DNA of 62,784 nt, counting the filler, from a bacterium (GTDB lineage Bacteria; UBP15; UBA6099; JAJRTR01): the NCBI GenBank assembly GCA_024278215.1. It is 3 parts of 3 records of this genome, joined end to end, with 100 filler letters (N's around TTAATTAATTAA, not from the genome) between each part and the next. Parts side by side here need not be neighbours in the genome. Positions count along the whole stretch, not along the records: positions 28,705 to 49,452 come from JAJRTR010000116.1; 2 more parts are not named here. One strand, written 5' to 3'. The notes under the pieces are model-generated. The model was not told the DNA's origin, made no database searches, and worked only from the letters and a program-made list of their open reading frames with translations. The translations under genes and the position numbers were made by a program. Shown piece after piece: positions 32,029 to 42,297 of this stretch (positions are counted from its first letter, which is position 1; each line of letters starts with the position of its first letter).

Positions 32029-32458
32029 GTTGTAATATTACTCTATAGTCAAGATGTTGTGCAGTCTTAAAACATACAATTTCAATGTCGGATTTATCAG
32101 ATTTATCCTGTCGTATTAATAAGACAACAGGCAACGCATAAAACAATATTCACCGAGGAATAACATCAGGGAATCGTGCTCCGGAATTGAAGTGCTGATT
32201 ACAGTCATGTCTCCCCGGGAAAGCAAGACTTCATTTAATATAATTGAAGCGTTACAGCATGTGAGATATTGCAAGTATAATTAGCGCATGAACGAAAACG
32301 CCGCGAACCCCGATCACAACTGATGCCAGGTCCAGAAAGCTGATGAAGATATTTGTCTCGCAACGATTGAAAACCTGTGAGAACGAATAATGCAGATACA
32401 ACAGGTTGAAAAAACGACAGTTCTTCTTGGAGAAATCTCATGAGGAAATCAAGGGTAA

Positions 32459-32650
32459 CCTAACCCGGCAAAGCCGGAACCAAACAGGCCGCATTCTAGT
32501 GCCCAAACAAATGCGGTTTGAGCACGGCACACAGAGTTCCAAAGTTCCCAAGGTCTACATTGGAAACGTCTGCAACTGGAAGCTCCAGCTTTCCCCGCTA
32601 TCTTTTCAGCATTTTTCACCATCCTGCGTAGCATTTCATTCGTAAGATAC
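32459..32650 (+). repeat. Family C dispersed element (about 190 bp)
   Basis: CCTAACCCGGCAAAGCCGGAACCAAA...GCGTAGCATTTCA; inverted homolog at 42019-42297. Confidence 0.85.
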
Positions 32651-32761
32651 AAAATTCCTACGACATGTCTGTATTCGCTCAAGTTCATTTCTTTACAGAA
32701 TTATGCTTGTTGTGTATGATTCAGTTACAATATCACAACTTGCCGTACGGGAGGATGTCCC

Positions 32762-33283
32762 ATGACGAATCTGGAAATATTGAAACATTGCCGCCTTTTC
32801 GAGCTACTCTCCGACGAGGAACTTGACAGAGTGTTGGACCTGGTGGAAGAACACCATTTCCGAAAGGGTGACTATATATGCCGCGAGGGCGCATGGGGCG
32901 ACTCGATGTACATCATAGGCAGCGGCGAAGTCAAGATCGTCAAAAAACTGACCACGGAAAGCAACTGGGAAATCACATCGTTACGGCATGGTGACTTTTT
33001 CGGCGAGGTCTCACTCATCGACGGAAGCCCAAGAACTGCCGGAGCCTATGCGATAGCTAACGCCATCGTACTCGAAATTTTCGGTCGCGACTTCAAAATG
33101 CTCATCAGTGCCGACAACGAGTTGTCCAATAAAATGCTCGAGTCGCTCCTGAGAGTACTCATCAACAGGATTCGAGCTACAGACGATGTCGTTACCCAGA
33201 TAATGACTGAAAAGCTGGCCGGAGAAAGCCAGGAAGCAGCGTCGATGCGTGATGTTATGAGCAGAATGATGGTCGGAAGATGA
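32762..33283 (+). CDS. Cyclic nucleotide-binding domain protein
   Basis: REGAWGDSMYIIGSGEV, GDFFGEVSL, PRTA; no HTH evident. Confidence 0.9.
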   Translation: MTNLEILKHCRLFELLSDEELDRVLDLVEEHHFRKGDYICREGAWGDSMYIIGSGEVKIVKKLTTESNWEITSLRHGDFFGEVSLIDGSPRTAGAYAIANAIVLEIFGRDFKMLISADNELSNKMLESLLRVLINRIRATDDVVTQIMTEKLAGESQEAASMRDVMSRMMVGR

Positions 33284-33419
33284 AACAAGCCGGATTTTTT
33301 TGGAGCGGGCTGTTCGGAGAGTAAATCCTCAAGGAAACTCCCCGGAGCAAGCCCCGGAGAATTCTTTTCGATCAAACAGAAAAACAAACACTCCTGAACC
33401 AATTTGTACAGGTGTTTTA

Positions 33420-33496
33420 TTGACTTGCATTTAACATTATGTTAACATTCGTTGCAATCTGCTCAAACGGAGGTTGCCAGCCGTTTGAGTTTTTTT
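33420..33496 (+). promoter_or_regulatory. Promoter plus promoter-proximal terminator upstream of purA
   Basis: TTGACT-N17-TAACAT with extended TG; 9-bp stem CTCAAACGG/CCGTTTGAG followed by T7 (33462-33496). Confidence 0.55.
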
Positions 33497-33557
33497 GTGA
33501 TCAGACGAAAACGTCGGGGTAAAAGAACATTAAAAGAACACGAGGAGGTCCGGGATC

Positions 33558-34841
33558 ATGCCGGCCATAGTAATAGTTGGAGCGCAGTGGGGAGACGAAG
33601 GTAAAGGTAAAATAACAGATATGCTCGCTGAAGGGGTGGACGTAGTCGTCCGCTACCAGGGTGGTGCCAATGCGGGACATACGATGGTAGTGGACGGCAC
33701 GTCATATATCGTTCACATGATCCCGTCGGGAATCCTGTATGATGATAAAATCTGCATCATCGGCGACGATGTCGTTGTGAATCCCAAGATTCTAATATCA
33801 GAGATCGACAAGATGGAAGCGCGGGGCATCAGCACGAAAAACTTGCGCATAAGCTGCAACGCGCATATGGTCATGCCCTACCACATGGAACTCGACCGCC
33901 TCGAAGAAGAGCTCAAGGGCAAACACAAGATCGGCACTACGGGCCGCGGCATCGGACCGACTTATGTCGACAAGGCAGGCCGTCTCGGCATCCGCGTCGT
34001 CGATCTGTTCGATAAAGATGAATTCATCGGCCGGCTCGGCCACACGCTAAAATACAAAAACCTTATCCTGCGCGAGATATTCAAGCACAAAGGCTACGAA
34101 GTCGAGGACATCGCCGGTGAGTATCTCGAATACGGAAAGAGACTCGCGCCGTACGTGGCGGACACGTCCATGATTATCAGCCAGGCGCTCCGCGAAGAGA
34201 AATTCGTGCTGCTCGAAGGCGCACAGGGCACACTGCTCGACGTCACGCATGGCACGTATCCTTATGTCACATCATCGCACCCGATATCCGGCGGCGCCTG
34301 CATCGGCGCAGGCATCGGACCCTGCAAGATCGACCGCGTACTCGGCATCACAAAAGCATACACGACACGTGTCGGCGAAGGCCCCTTCCCGACCGAACTG
34401 ATGGACGACACAGGCGAACACCTCCGCAAGAAGGGCGGCGAGTTCGGCACCACCACCGGCAGACCCCGCAGATGCGGCTGGCTCGACGCTGTGCTCCTTC
34501 GCTACAGTGTCCGCATCAACAGCATGAGCGCACTCGCCATGACGAAACTCGACGTGCTGGACGAGCTCCCCGTGATCAGGATATGCACCGGCTACCAGGT
34601 CGGCGATGAGATCATCAGGGAGTTCACCACGGACATCCGCAAGTTGCGCGAAAGCACTCCGGTCTACGAAGAACTGCCCGGCTGGCAGACAGACACCAGC
34701 AAGATCACCGACTTCCGCGATTTCCCCGACGAAACCAAGAGTTACATCCGCAGGGTGGAAGAACTCATTCACGCGCCGATCGCTATTATCTCCGTCGGAC
34801 CAGACCGGCAACAGACCGTCCTCTTCAGAAAATTTGTCTGA
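33558..34841 (+). CDS. purA: Adenylosuccinate synthetase
   Basis: GAQWGDEGKGK, GGANAGHT, EGAQG, GTTTGRPRRCGWLD. Confidence 0.98.
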   Translation: MPAIVIVGAQWGDEGKGKITDMLAEGVDVVVRYQGGANAGHTMVVDGTSYIVHMIPSGILYDDKICIIGDDVVVNPKILISEIDKMEARGISTKNLRISCNAHMVMPYHMELDRLEEELKGKHKIGTTGRGIGPTYVDKAGRLGIRVVDLFDKDEFIGRLGHTLKYKNLILREIFKHKGYEVEDIAGEYLEYGKRLAPYVADTSMIISQALREEKFVLLEGAQGTLLDVTHGTYPYVTSSHPISGGACIGAGIGPCKIDRVLGITKAYTTRVGEGPFPTELMDDTGEHLRKKGGEFGTTTGRPRRCGWLDAVLLRYSVRINSMSALAMTKLDVLDELPVIRICTGYQVGDEIIREFTTDIRKLRESTPVYEELPGWQTDTSKITDFRDFPDETKSYIRRVEELIHAPIAIISVGPDRQQTVLFRKFV

Positions 34842-34944
34842 ACCTGCTGTTTACAACAGCTTAAAACTCCAACTTCCACGTCGCCGCTCGTGTTCGAGGA
34901 CGGCGTCATCTTTATTTTTCAGCCATTTGACGAACTGCATCGTG

Positions 34945-34980
34945 CAAGGCAACACTTCATCCATCTGAAGTGTTGCCTTG
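34945..34980. repeat. Perfect 15-bp inverted repeat downstream of purA
   Basis: CAAGGCAACACTTCA-N6-TGAAGTGTTGCCTTG. Confidence 0.8.
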
Positions 34981-35300
34981 ACACAAATATTTAATGTTGT
35001 TATGTTTATTCCGTTTAAAATAAGCGGCAGGCAAATAGAAGCGGCCTGATGTCATGTCAAGTCTGTGCTGACGTTTTAAGTTGACACGACACAAGACTAC
35101 CAATAAGAGAAGGTGTTCCCAACGGGATGTAATGGCTATGGAAAAGAAAACCGGTGCAAACTGATTTTTCACGATCAAGTGGCAATAATGACAACAGAAT
35201 CCTCTGTAAAAAAATCACTGCGAGACTTTTCAATTATGGCTTAATGTTATAGTATTGTTATGTTGCAATTTAGTAAATGCGATGGAAGTTGGTCTGATAA

Positions 35301-36644
35301 ATGAAAGGGACACTTTTTAAGAGTTCTGTTTTACCCCTGAAAACAGGCAAGCTGGACCGTTTGCCGATGACCGAAGTCCCGGCGCCGCGCGAGGCGATAG
35401 TTTTTATGCGTCAGCACTCGGGCGAAGTCTGCAAACCGGTTGTCGAGGCAGGCGACAGGGTCCTGTTGGGACAGGTTGTGGGTACTGCGCAGGATCAGCA
35501 GGGTGCGGATGTTCATTCACCAGTTTCCGGGGAAGTTACGCTCGTCGCGCCCCTGGAGGACCCTTACGGCGGTTTCACACTTGCGGCTATGATCGTGTCG
35601 GACGGCAAAGACGAGGCCGCGGAAGCAATGGAGCCGATGGCGGATTTCAACAACATGCCCCCTACACGAATGTTCGAAAGACTGCGGAGGGCGGGAGTCA
35701 CTACCTACGATCTCGAGCCCACACCGCTCTCGGCGGCGATATGTCCGGTAGATACGGCTTCCGACCTGCCCACGGGCATTGCCGAAAGCACGACGGAGTT
35801 GCCGGCTCTTGATACTGTTATTGTCAATACTGTAGATGAAGAACCTCTCACAGTCATCAACCAGCGGCTTTTTATAGATAACCGCGACAGAGCGGCGGAG
35901 GGTATCGCCCTGATGAAACGTCTCACGGGCGCGCCTCGCGTAATATTCGCAGTACGCAAATCGCACGAGAAGATCGCGGTCAAAGCCCTCGGTCCAGATT
36001 CCGGCGCGGAGATCAAAGTCGTTCCTGTCTCTTATCCGGGAACACTGCCGATAGTGATGATAAACGCCCTTACATCAAGGACAATCCCGCCCGGCGGAAC
36101 AGCCCGGGACGCGGGTGTGCTGCACATTTCATTCGAGATCATGCTGGACGCGCTTGAAGCGATAACGAAGGGCAGCGCGAATATTTATGAGATGCTCACA
36201 GTGAGCGGCGGCGCGGTGAACCCGCCGAAGAATCTCAAGGTACGCATCGGCACGCCCCTGCGGGCCGTGTTGAGATTTGTCGGATGCAGGGAGGCGGGCA
36301 TAGAAAAGCTTGTGCTCGGCGGCCCCATGCGCGGCAAAGCGCAATTCTCTCTTGACATGCCCGTCGTCAAAGGGGTAAACACGATTCTTGCGCTCACGGA
36401 GAGCGAAGTCGCGGAAGTGAAAGAGACCTCGTGCATAAACTGCGGCGATTGCGTGGATATATGCCCCGCAAACCTGCAACCGAATCTCTTGAGTCGCTCG
36501 TGTGAATTTTTCAAATACGACAACCCGCAATTTCAGAAGGAATTGCGAGCGTGTATCGAATGCGGACTCTGTGGCTATGTTTGCCCGTCGCACCGGCCGA
36601 TGATGCAGTATTTCCTGAATGCAAAGCATCATCTCGGCATGTAG
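35301..36644 (+). CDS. rnfC: RnfC-like subunit, divergent FMN/NAD region
   Basis: QHSG, VHSPVSGEV, GGPMRG, CINCGDCVDICP, CIECGLCGYVCPS. Confidence 0.9.
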   Translation: MKGTLFKSSVLPLKTGKLDRLPMTEVPAPREAIVFMRQHSGEVCKPVVEAGDRVLLGQVVGTAQDQQGADVHSPVSGEVTLVAPLEDPYGGFTLAAMIVSDGKDEAAEAMEPMADFNNMPPTRMFERLRRAGVTTYDLEPTPLSAAICPVDTASDLPTGIAESTTELPALDTVIVNTVDEEPLTVINQRLFIDNRDRAAEGIALMKRLTGAPRVIFAVRKSHEKIAVKALGPDSGAEIKVVPVSYPGTLPIVMINALTSRTIPPGGTARDAGVLHISFEIMLDALEAITKGSANIYEMLTVSGGAVNPPKNLKVRIGTPLRAVLRFVGCREAGIEKLVLGGPMRGKAQFSLDMPVVKGVNTILALTESEVAEVKETSCINCGDCVDICPANLQPNLLSRSCEFFKYDNPQFQKELRACIECGLCGYVCPSHRPMMQYFLNAKHHLGM

Positions 36645-36721
36645 ATATTGGTGTGACGCGCACATGGTTTTTAGTCTCGCAGGTGGCTCCAAAGGAATAA
36701 AAAACAGGAGATTTTCTTAAG

Positions 36722-37705
36722 ATGATTAAGCCGTCAGGCCTTACAGTAAGTGCAGCGCCGCATGTGCATTGCGGCAGTTCGGTTCAAGAGCGAATGACGT
36801 TGCAGATTCTGGCGCTGGTGCCGGCGACGCTGGTCGGAATATATTTTTTCGGCCTGCACGCGGCGATAGTGGTTCTACTTTCGATGGCTGCTGCTATGGT
36901 CAGCGAAATGGCGTTGCAGAAAGCGCTGAAAAGAGAAGTCTCGGTAGCGGACGGAAGCGCGGCGCTCACGGGCCTGATCTTTGCGCTGCTATTGCCGGCA
37001 AGCGCGCCGTGGTGGGCAGTGGTTCTGGGGTCGGCCTTTTGCATGATAATGGGCAAATGGGTTTTCGGAGGGCTGGGCTCGTATCCGTTCAACCCCGCGC
37101 TTGTGGGATACTTGATGGTCAAGATATCATGGCCTATCCTGCTTACGGAATGGCCTGCGCCGGCCCCGTTCGGGATAACGAACGCACTGCCGATTGAAAC
37201 AGGCGCCGAGATACTTAAGAGATATGGTGTGACGATGGCCGAGCAATTCAGCATGATCAACGCGCTGCTGGGCAACCAGGCGGGCGGCATCGGCGCAGTC
37301 TGCGGCATCGCGCTGATTGCGGGGGGTGTTTTCCTCATTTCACGCAAAGTTTTTTCGTGGCACATTCCGGTAGCTTTCATCGCGGGTGTGCTCCTTGTCG
37401 GAGGCATCTTCCGCATCATGAATCCCGCGGAATATGCAAGCCCGTTCTTTCATCTTCTCTCGGGCACAACGCTTCTGGGAGTATTCTTTATAGCGCCGGA
37501 ATATACGACAAGCCCCTGCACGATATGGGGCAAACTGCTCTACGGGTTCGGTTGCGGCGTGATGGTGATGATCATAAGGGTTTACGGCACATATCCGGAC
37601 GGAGTGGTATTCGCAATACTGCTGATGAATCTTTTGACACCGATATTCGACCGTATAAGGCCGAAGGTGGTGGGAATAATGAAGGAGGCGCAGGCCGATG
37701 GGTGA
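36722..37705 (+). CDS. rnfD: RnfD
   Basis: APHVH, FGGLG...FNPA, YPDGVVFAILLMN. Confidence 0.94.
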   Translation: MIKPSGLTVSAAPHVHCGSSVQERMTLQILALVPATLVGIYFFGLHAAIVVLLSMAAAMVSEMALQKALKREVSVADGSAALTGLIFALLLPASAPWWAVVLGSAFCMIMGKWVFGGLGSYPFNPALVGYLMVKISWPILLTEWPAPAPFGITNALPIETGAEILKRYGVTMAEQFSMINALLGNQAGGIGAVCGIALIAGGVFLISRKVFSWHIPVAFIAGVLLVGGIFRIMNPAEYASPFFHLLSGTTLLGVFFIAPEYTTSPCTIWGKLLYGFGCGVMVMIIRVYGTYPDGVVFAILLMNLLTPIFDRIRPKVVGIMKEAQADG

Positions 37706-38270
37706 AATAATGAAGATGATGGTCGTCCTGACACTGATCAGCGTGGTGTCGGGCGTTGCCTTGGGCACGATGAACGAAGTAACCAGGGACCCCATCATAC
37801 AGGCGGAGTTCAAGTTTGCCAAGGAACCGGCGCTTAAAGAGATTCTGCCGGAATATGACAACGACCTGGTTGCCGATAAGTTTGAAATTGTTTCCGGCGA
37901 AAAGATCGTCACAGTGTATCCCGCGAAACAGAACGGTAAAGTGGTAGCGCTGGGATACGAAAGTTCAGCGAAGGGCGTCAACGGCGATATCAGGATAATG
38001 GTGGGAATCGACCTCGAGAAGAATGTGCTGCGTGGGATCAGGGTTGTGGCGCATTCGGAAACGCCCGGTCTCGGCGCGCGGATCACGGAAGCGGCATTCA
38101 GCAGGCAGTTCGACAATATACCGCTCGGCGCGCCTGTAAAGGTGAAACCCGACGGCGGGCAGGTCGACGCCATCTCCGGCGCCACTATCTCCTCGAGAGG
38201 CACATGCGAAGCAGTCGAAGCAGCGTTCAAGTTCTTTGAAGAACACAAGGCCGAATTGTCAACAAAATAA
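37698..38270 (+). CDS. rnfG: RnfG
   Basis: ETPGLG and the FMN-attachment motif DAISGATISS. Confidence 0.95.
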   Translation: MGEIMKMMVVLTLISVVSGVALGTMNEVTRDPIIQAEFKFAKEPALKEILPEYDNDLVADKFEIVSGEKIVTVYPAKQNGKVVALGYESSAKGVNGDIRIMVGIDLEKNVLRGIRVVAHSETPGLGARITEAAFSRQFDNIPLGAPVKVKPDGGQVDAISGATISSRGTCEAVEAAFKFFEEHKAELSTK

Positions 38271-38293
38271 TACAATAGGATAAGTGAACCGAT

Positions 38294-38905
38294 ATGAGCG
38301 TAGTAAAAGAATTTACAAAAGGATTCTGGCAGGAACTCCCGCCGTTCAGGCTGGTGCTCGGACTTTGTCCTACACTGGCGGTCACGAAGACGGCTTTCGC
38401 GGGAGCGGGCATGGGGCTGGCGACAACATTTGTGCTCGTCTGCTCCAATATTCTCATTTCAATGTTGAAAAACGTGATTCCCGCGAAGGTGAGAATCGCG
38501 TCGTTCATCGTGATCATCGCATCGTTTGTCGTCGTGGTGGAAATGCTTATGAAAGCTTACGCCTATCCACTCTCTCAGGTACTGGGGCTGTTTATTCCCC
38601 TGATAGTGGTCAACTGTATAGTACTGGGCCGCGCGGAAGCGTTCGCATCCAAGAACAGCGTGATCGATTCCGCCGCCGACGGACTCGGCATCGGACTCGG
38701 TTACTCTATGGCGCTTGCTTTGCTCGGCGCGATTCGCGAACTGTTCGGCGCCGGCACAATCCTGGGCGGCACTCCGATGGAGATGCTCGCGTTCGGCTCG
38801 TCATTCAAACCTTTCAGCTTCATGGTGCAGGCACCCGGCGCGTTCATGTGCCTCGGTCTTATTCTCGGTTTTATCGGTTTTTTAAACAGAAGATACAACA
38901 TCTAA
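38294..38905 (+). CDS. rnfE: RnfE
   Basis: LGLCPTLAVT, PLIVVNC, GAIRE. Confidence 0.95.
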   Translation: MSVVKEFTKGFWQELPPFRLVLGLCPTLAVTKTAFAGAGMGLATTFVLVCSNILISMLKNVIPAKVRIASFIVIIASFVVVVEMLMKAYAYPLSQVLGLFIPLIVVNCIVLGRAEAFASKNSVIDSAADGLGIGLGYSMALALLGAIRELFGAGTILGGTPMEMLAFGSSFKPFSFMVQAPGAFMCLGLILGFIGFLNRRYNI

Positions 38906-38921
38906 AAACGGGGAGATACAG

Positions 38922-39518
38922 ATGGAATACAACAGTCTGACGGATTACCTGCTGCTGATAGTTGCAGCCGTGTTTGTTAAAAACATATTGCTCGCGCAGT
39001 ACCTCGGCAACTGCCCGTTCCTGGGAGTTTCCAAAAAAATGGAGACCGCGACCGGAATGGGCATGGCGGTTGTTTTCGTGCTCGTACTGGCAGCGGTCTT
39101 TACATGGATGACCTACACTTACATCCTGGTTCCGCTGAAACTCGAATACATGAAAACGGTTACTTTTATTCTGGTGATAGCGGCGCTGGTACAGTTTGTG
39201 GAAATGTTCATGAAAAAAAGTATGCCCGCACTCTACAAAGGACTCGGCGTCTTTCTGCCTCTCATCACAACAAACTGTGCGGTGCTCGGCGTCTGCCTGA
39301 TAAATATAGATAAAGAGTATTCAATAATGACGGCTACGGTTTTTTCATTCGCATCCGCAGTCGGTTTCGCACTGGCGCTGGCGCTTTTCGCGGGTCTGCG
39401 CGAAAGATTCGAAATCGCCGCGATACCGAAATCATTCGAAGGCACGGCAATCGGCCTGATAACCGCCGGCCTGATAGCGATGGCGTTCTTCGGATTCGCG
39501 GGAATGGTTAATATTTGA
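38922..39518 (+). CDS. rnfA: RnfA
   Basis: CPFLGVSKK, LPLITTNCAVLG. Confidence 0.95.
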   Translation: MEYNSLTDYLLLIVAAVFVKNILLAQYLGNCPFLGVSKKMETATGMGMAVVFVLVLAAVFTWMTYTYILVPLKLEYMKTVTFILVIAALVQFVEMFMKKSMPALYKGLGVFLPLITTNCAVLGVCLINIDKEYSIMTATVFSFASAVGFALALALFAGLRERFEIAAIPKSFEGTAIGLITAGLIAMAFFGFAGMVNI

Positions 39519-39565
39519 AAATATACGTCAGGCCCTTATAAGAGTAATACGGAGGCATTTCAGAA

Positions 39566-41665
39566 ATGGGAATTACAGAGATCATCTATGCGACCGTCGC
39601 AATGCTGGGACTCGGGTTTGTCAGCGCGGCGGTACTGAGCCTGGCTTCGAAGGTATTCCAGATCGAAGAGGACCCGCGCATCGAGGCGGTCGAGGGCGCG
39701 CTGCTGGGCGCGAACTGCGGCGGTTGCGGATACGCCGGCTGCGCGGCGGCGGCCGAAGCGGTGGTCAGGGGCGATGCCGGAGTCGACGTTTGCACTGCCG
39801 GAGGAGCGACCATTGCGATAGGCGTCGCCACCGTCATGGGCATGGAAGTGAAGATTAAAGAACGTGAAATCGCCCAGCTCGGCTGTCGCAAAGGCTTTCG
39901 CATAGACCAGAAATATAAATACGAAGGAATCATGGACTGCCGCGCCGCTGTCGAGATGTGGGAAGGCGCACGCAACTGCGGGCGCGCCTGTATCGGGCTC
40001 GGCACATGCGAAAAATCCTGCCCGTTCGGCGCAATTAAAATCGGCGAAAACGGACTGCCCGTAATCGACGCGAATATCTGCACCGGATGCGGTACATGTG
40101 TAAAGAACTGCCCCAAGGACGTGCTCGAACTCGTTTCCATGACGCAGCGGCTTCTGAGCTTCAACAAGCTCGACGACTGCCTCGCTCCCTGCCGACAGAC
40201 ATGCCCCGCTCAGATCGATATCCCAACATATATTGAACAGATAAAACACGGCCAGTATAAAGAAGCCCTGATGACGATTAAGGAAAGAAATCCGATGCCA
40301 CTGACCTGTGGTCGAGTGTGTCCGCATCCCTGCGAATATGTATGCAGGCGCGGCGCGGCGGACGAACCGGTGAATATCAATCACCTGAAACGTTACGCCG
40401 CGGACATCGAGTTGCGTTCGGGCGAGCATTACCCCATCGACTGCAACCCGGACACAGGCCACAAAGTGGCCATTATAGGCGGCGGCCCCGCCGGCCTAAG
40501 CGCGGCGTTCTTTCTGCGCAGGCTCGGCCACCAGGTGAAGATTTTCGAGATGATGCCCAAACTCGGCGGCATGACACGCTACGGCATCCCCGAATACAGG
40601 CTTCCTAAAGCCGTTCTCGACTTCGAGATCGACGGCACACTAGGCTTGGGCGTAGAGACCGAATGCAACGTGAAACTCGGCAGAGACTTCACGCTCCAGG
40701 ACCTCAGAGCGCAGGGATTCGAAGCGATATTCCTCGCGATCGGCGCATGGAAAAGCAGCCCGATGAGGGTCGAAGGCGAAGACTGCGACGGCGCACTCGC
40801 AGGCATCGAGTTCCTCGAAAAAGAAGGACTCAACGCGGACAACCCGATCGGCGACCGTGTCGCGATCATCGGCGGCGGAAACACTGCCATCGACGTGGCG
40901 AGAACCGCACTCAGACTCGGCGCGAAAGAAGTAACGATTGTCTACAGGCGCACACGAAAAGAAATGCCGGCCGAATGGTACGAAATCGAAGAGGCGGAAC
41001 ACGAAGGCATTAAGTTCCACTTCCTCGCCGCACCGTCGAAAATCATTACAGATGAAAACGGACGATTCAAAGCACTCGAATATTTGAAGATGGAACTCGG
41101 CGAACCGGATGCCAGCGGACGCCGCAGGCCCATCCCCATCGAAGGCTCCGAAACTATCATGGAACTCGACAATATCGTAGCCGCCATCGGCCAGAAACCC
41201 GACCTCGCGCCTTTCCCGGAAGACGAAATAGGTAAAGACATCGAACTGACACGCTGGCAAACGATTATAGGTGACGACCAGACACTACAGACGGCTGTTC
41301 CTTATGTATTTACCGGAGGCGACTGTTTCACAGGCGCACTCACAGTGGTTTCCGCCATCGGCGCTGGGCGACGCGCAGCACGCTCGATCCACCTCTTCCT
41401 CGACGAAGACGCGGAACTGACTCCACCGCCAAAACCACTCATAAAAAATATTCCTGAAAGCATGTTGCCCACCATCTACGGTGTTGTACGCAGACCTCGT
41501 GTTGAAATGCCAGAAATGGAACCGATGGTAAGAGTGAAAAGCTTCGATGAAGTGGCGCTCGGCCTGTCGGAAGAAGCGGCAAAATACGAGGCGTCCCGTT
41601 GCCTCCAGTGCGGCATACTCTGCTACAACCAGGATATTCACACCCCGGCAGAGATCGAAATCTGA
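39566..41665 (+). CDS. rnfB: RnfB fused to a GltD/NfnB-like FAD/NAD(P)H oxidoreductase
   Basis: GANCGGCGYAGC and ferredoxin motifs, then APCRQTCP, GRVCPHPCE, GGGPAG, GGGNTAID, YRR. Confidence 0.9.
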   Translation: MGITEIIYATVAMLGLGFVSAAVLSLASKVFQIEEDPRIEAVEGALLGANCGGCGYAGCAAAAEAVVRGDAGVDVCTAGGATIAIGVATVMGMEVKIKEREIAQLGCRKGFRIDQKYKYEGIMDCRAAVEMWEGARNCGRACIGLGTCEKSCPFGAIKIGENGLPVIDANICTGCGTCVKNCPKDVLELVSMTQRLLSFNKLDDCLAPCRQTCPAQIDIPTYIEQIKHGQYKEALMTIKERNPMPLTCGRVCPHPCEYVCRRGAADEPVNINHLKRYAADIELRSGEHYPIDCNPDTGHKVAIIGGGPAGLSAAFFLRRLGHQVKIFEMMPKLGGMTRYGIPEYRLPKAVLDFEIDGTLGLGVETECNVKLGRDFTLQDLRAQGFEAIFLAIGAWKSSPMRVEGEDCDGALAGIEFLEKEGLNADNPIGDRVAIIGGGNTAIDVARTALRLGAKEVTIVYRRTRKEMPAEWYEIEEAEHEGIKFHFLAAPSKIITDENGRFKALEYLKMELGEPDASGRRRPIPIEGSETIMELDNIVAAIGQKPDLAPFPEDEIGKDIELTRWQTIIGDDQTLQTAVPYVFTGGDCFTGALTVVSAIGAGRRAARSIHLFLDEDAELTPPPKPLIKNIPESMLPTIYGVVRRPRVEMPEMEPMVRVKSFDEVALGLSEEAAKYEASRCLQCGILCYNQDIHTPAEIEI

Positions 41666-41861
41666 TGTTATTCCGTCCCGGCCCGCCGCTTGCTGCGGGG
41701 ATTGTGGTAAACCCGGCTCGAAAGACATGCATTCCGCGCGTGTGAGCCGAAGTCTCAATATGGTGAACTCGGAGCGTTCAGTCTATACGTTCCGGGTCGG
41801 AGCCCCGGAACGATGAAAGCGGCAATAAATCGCCGCACACCAAAGCTTTTGCTTTGATTCT

Positions 41862-41892
41862 CTAACCCGGATTGGTGAAATATGCGGGCTAA
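41862..41892 (+). repeat. Family B short form with CTAA duplication
   Basis: CTAA-CCCGGATTGGTGAAATATGCGGG-CTAA. Confidence 0.8.
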
Positions 41893-42018
41893 CTTAAATA
41901 CCGGTCACTTAAGCAATAATGATGCTCAAAAGTCAGTGGTAATTGTTCACGGGGTATAACATGGAAATGCTTTGACATGGGAATATTCTGGAGTGCAACG
42001 ACTGTGTCGTTGCATATA

Positions 42019-42297
42019 GTATCTACGACTGAAATGCTACGCAGGATGGTAAAGAAATGCTGAAAAGAGATCGGTGAAAGCTGAAGCTTCCAGTTACAGA
42101 CGTTTCCAATGTAGACCCTGGGAACGATGAAACTCTGTGTGCCGTGCTCAAACCGCAGACCGTGCGTGTGCCGTGCTCAAACCGTAGACCGTGCGTGTGC
42201 CGTGCTCAAACCGTAGACCGTGCGTGTGCCGTGCTCAAACCGCATTTGTTTGGGCACGAAAATGCGGCCTGTTTGGTTCCGGCTTTGCCGGGTTAGG
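42019..42297 (-). repeat. Family C element with internal 29-bp tandem expansion
   Basis: Inverted homolog of 32459-32650; GTGTGCCGTGCTCAAACCGYAGACCGTGC repeated about 3.7 times at 42137-42244. Confidence 0.85.

Noticed and set aside
42137..42244. CRISPR array
   Set aside because: Head-to-tail 29-bp tandem with no unique spacers; no cas genes.
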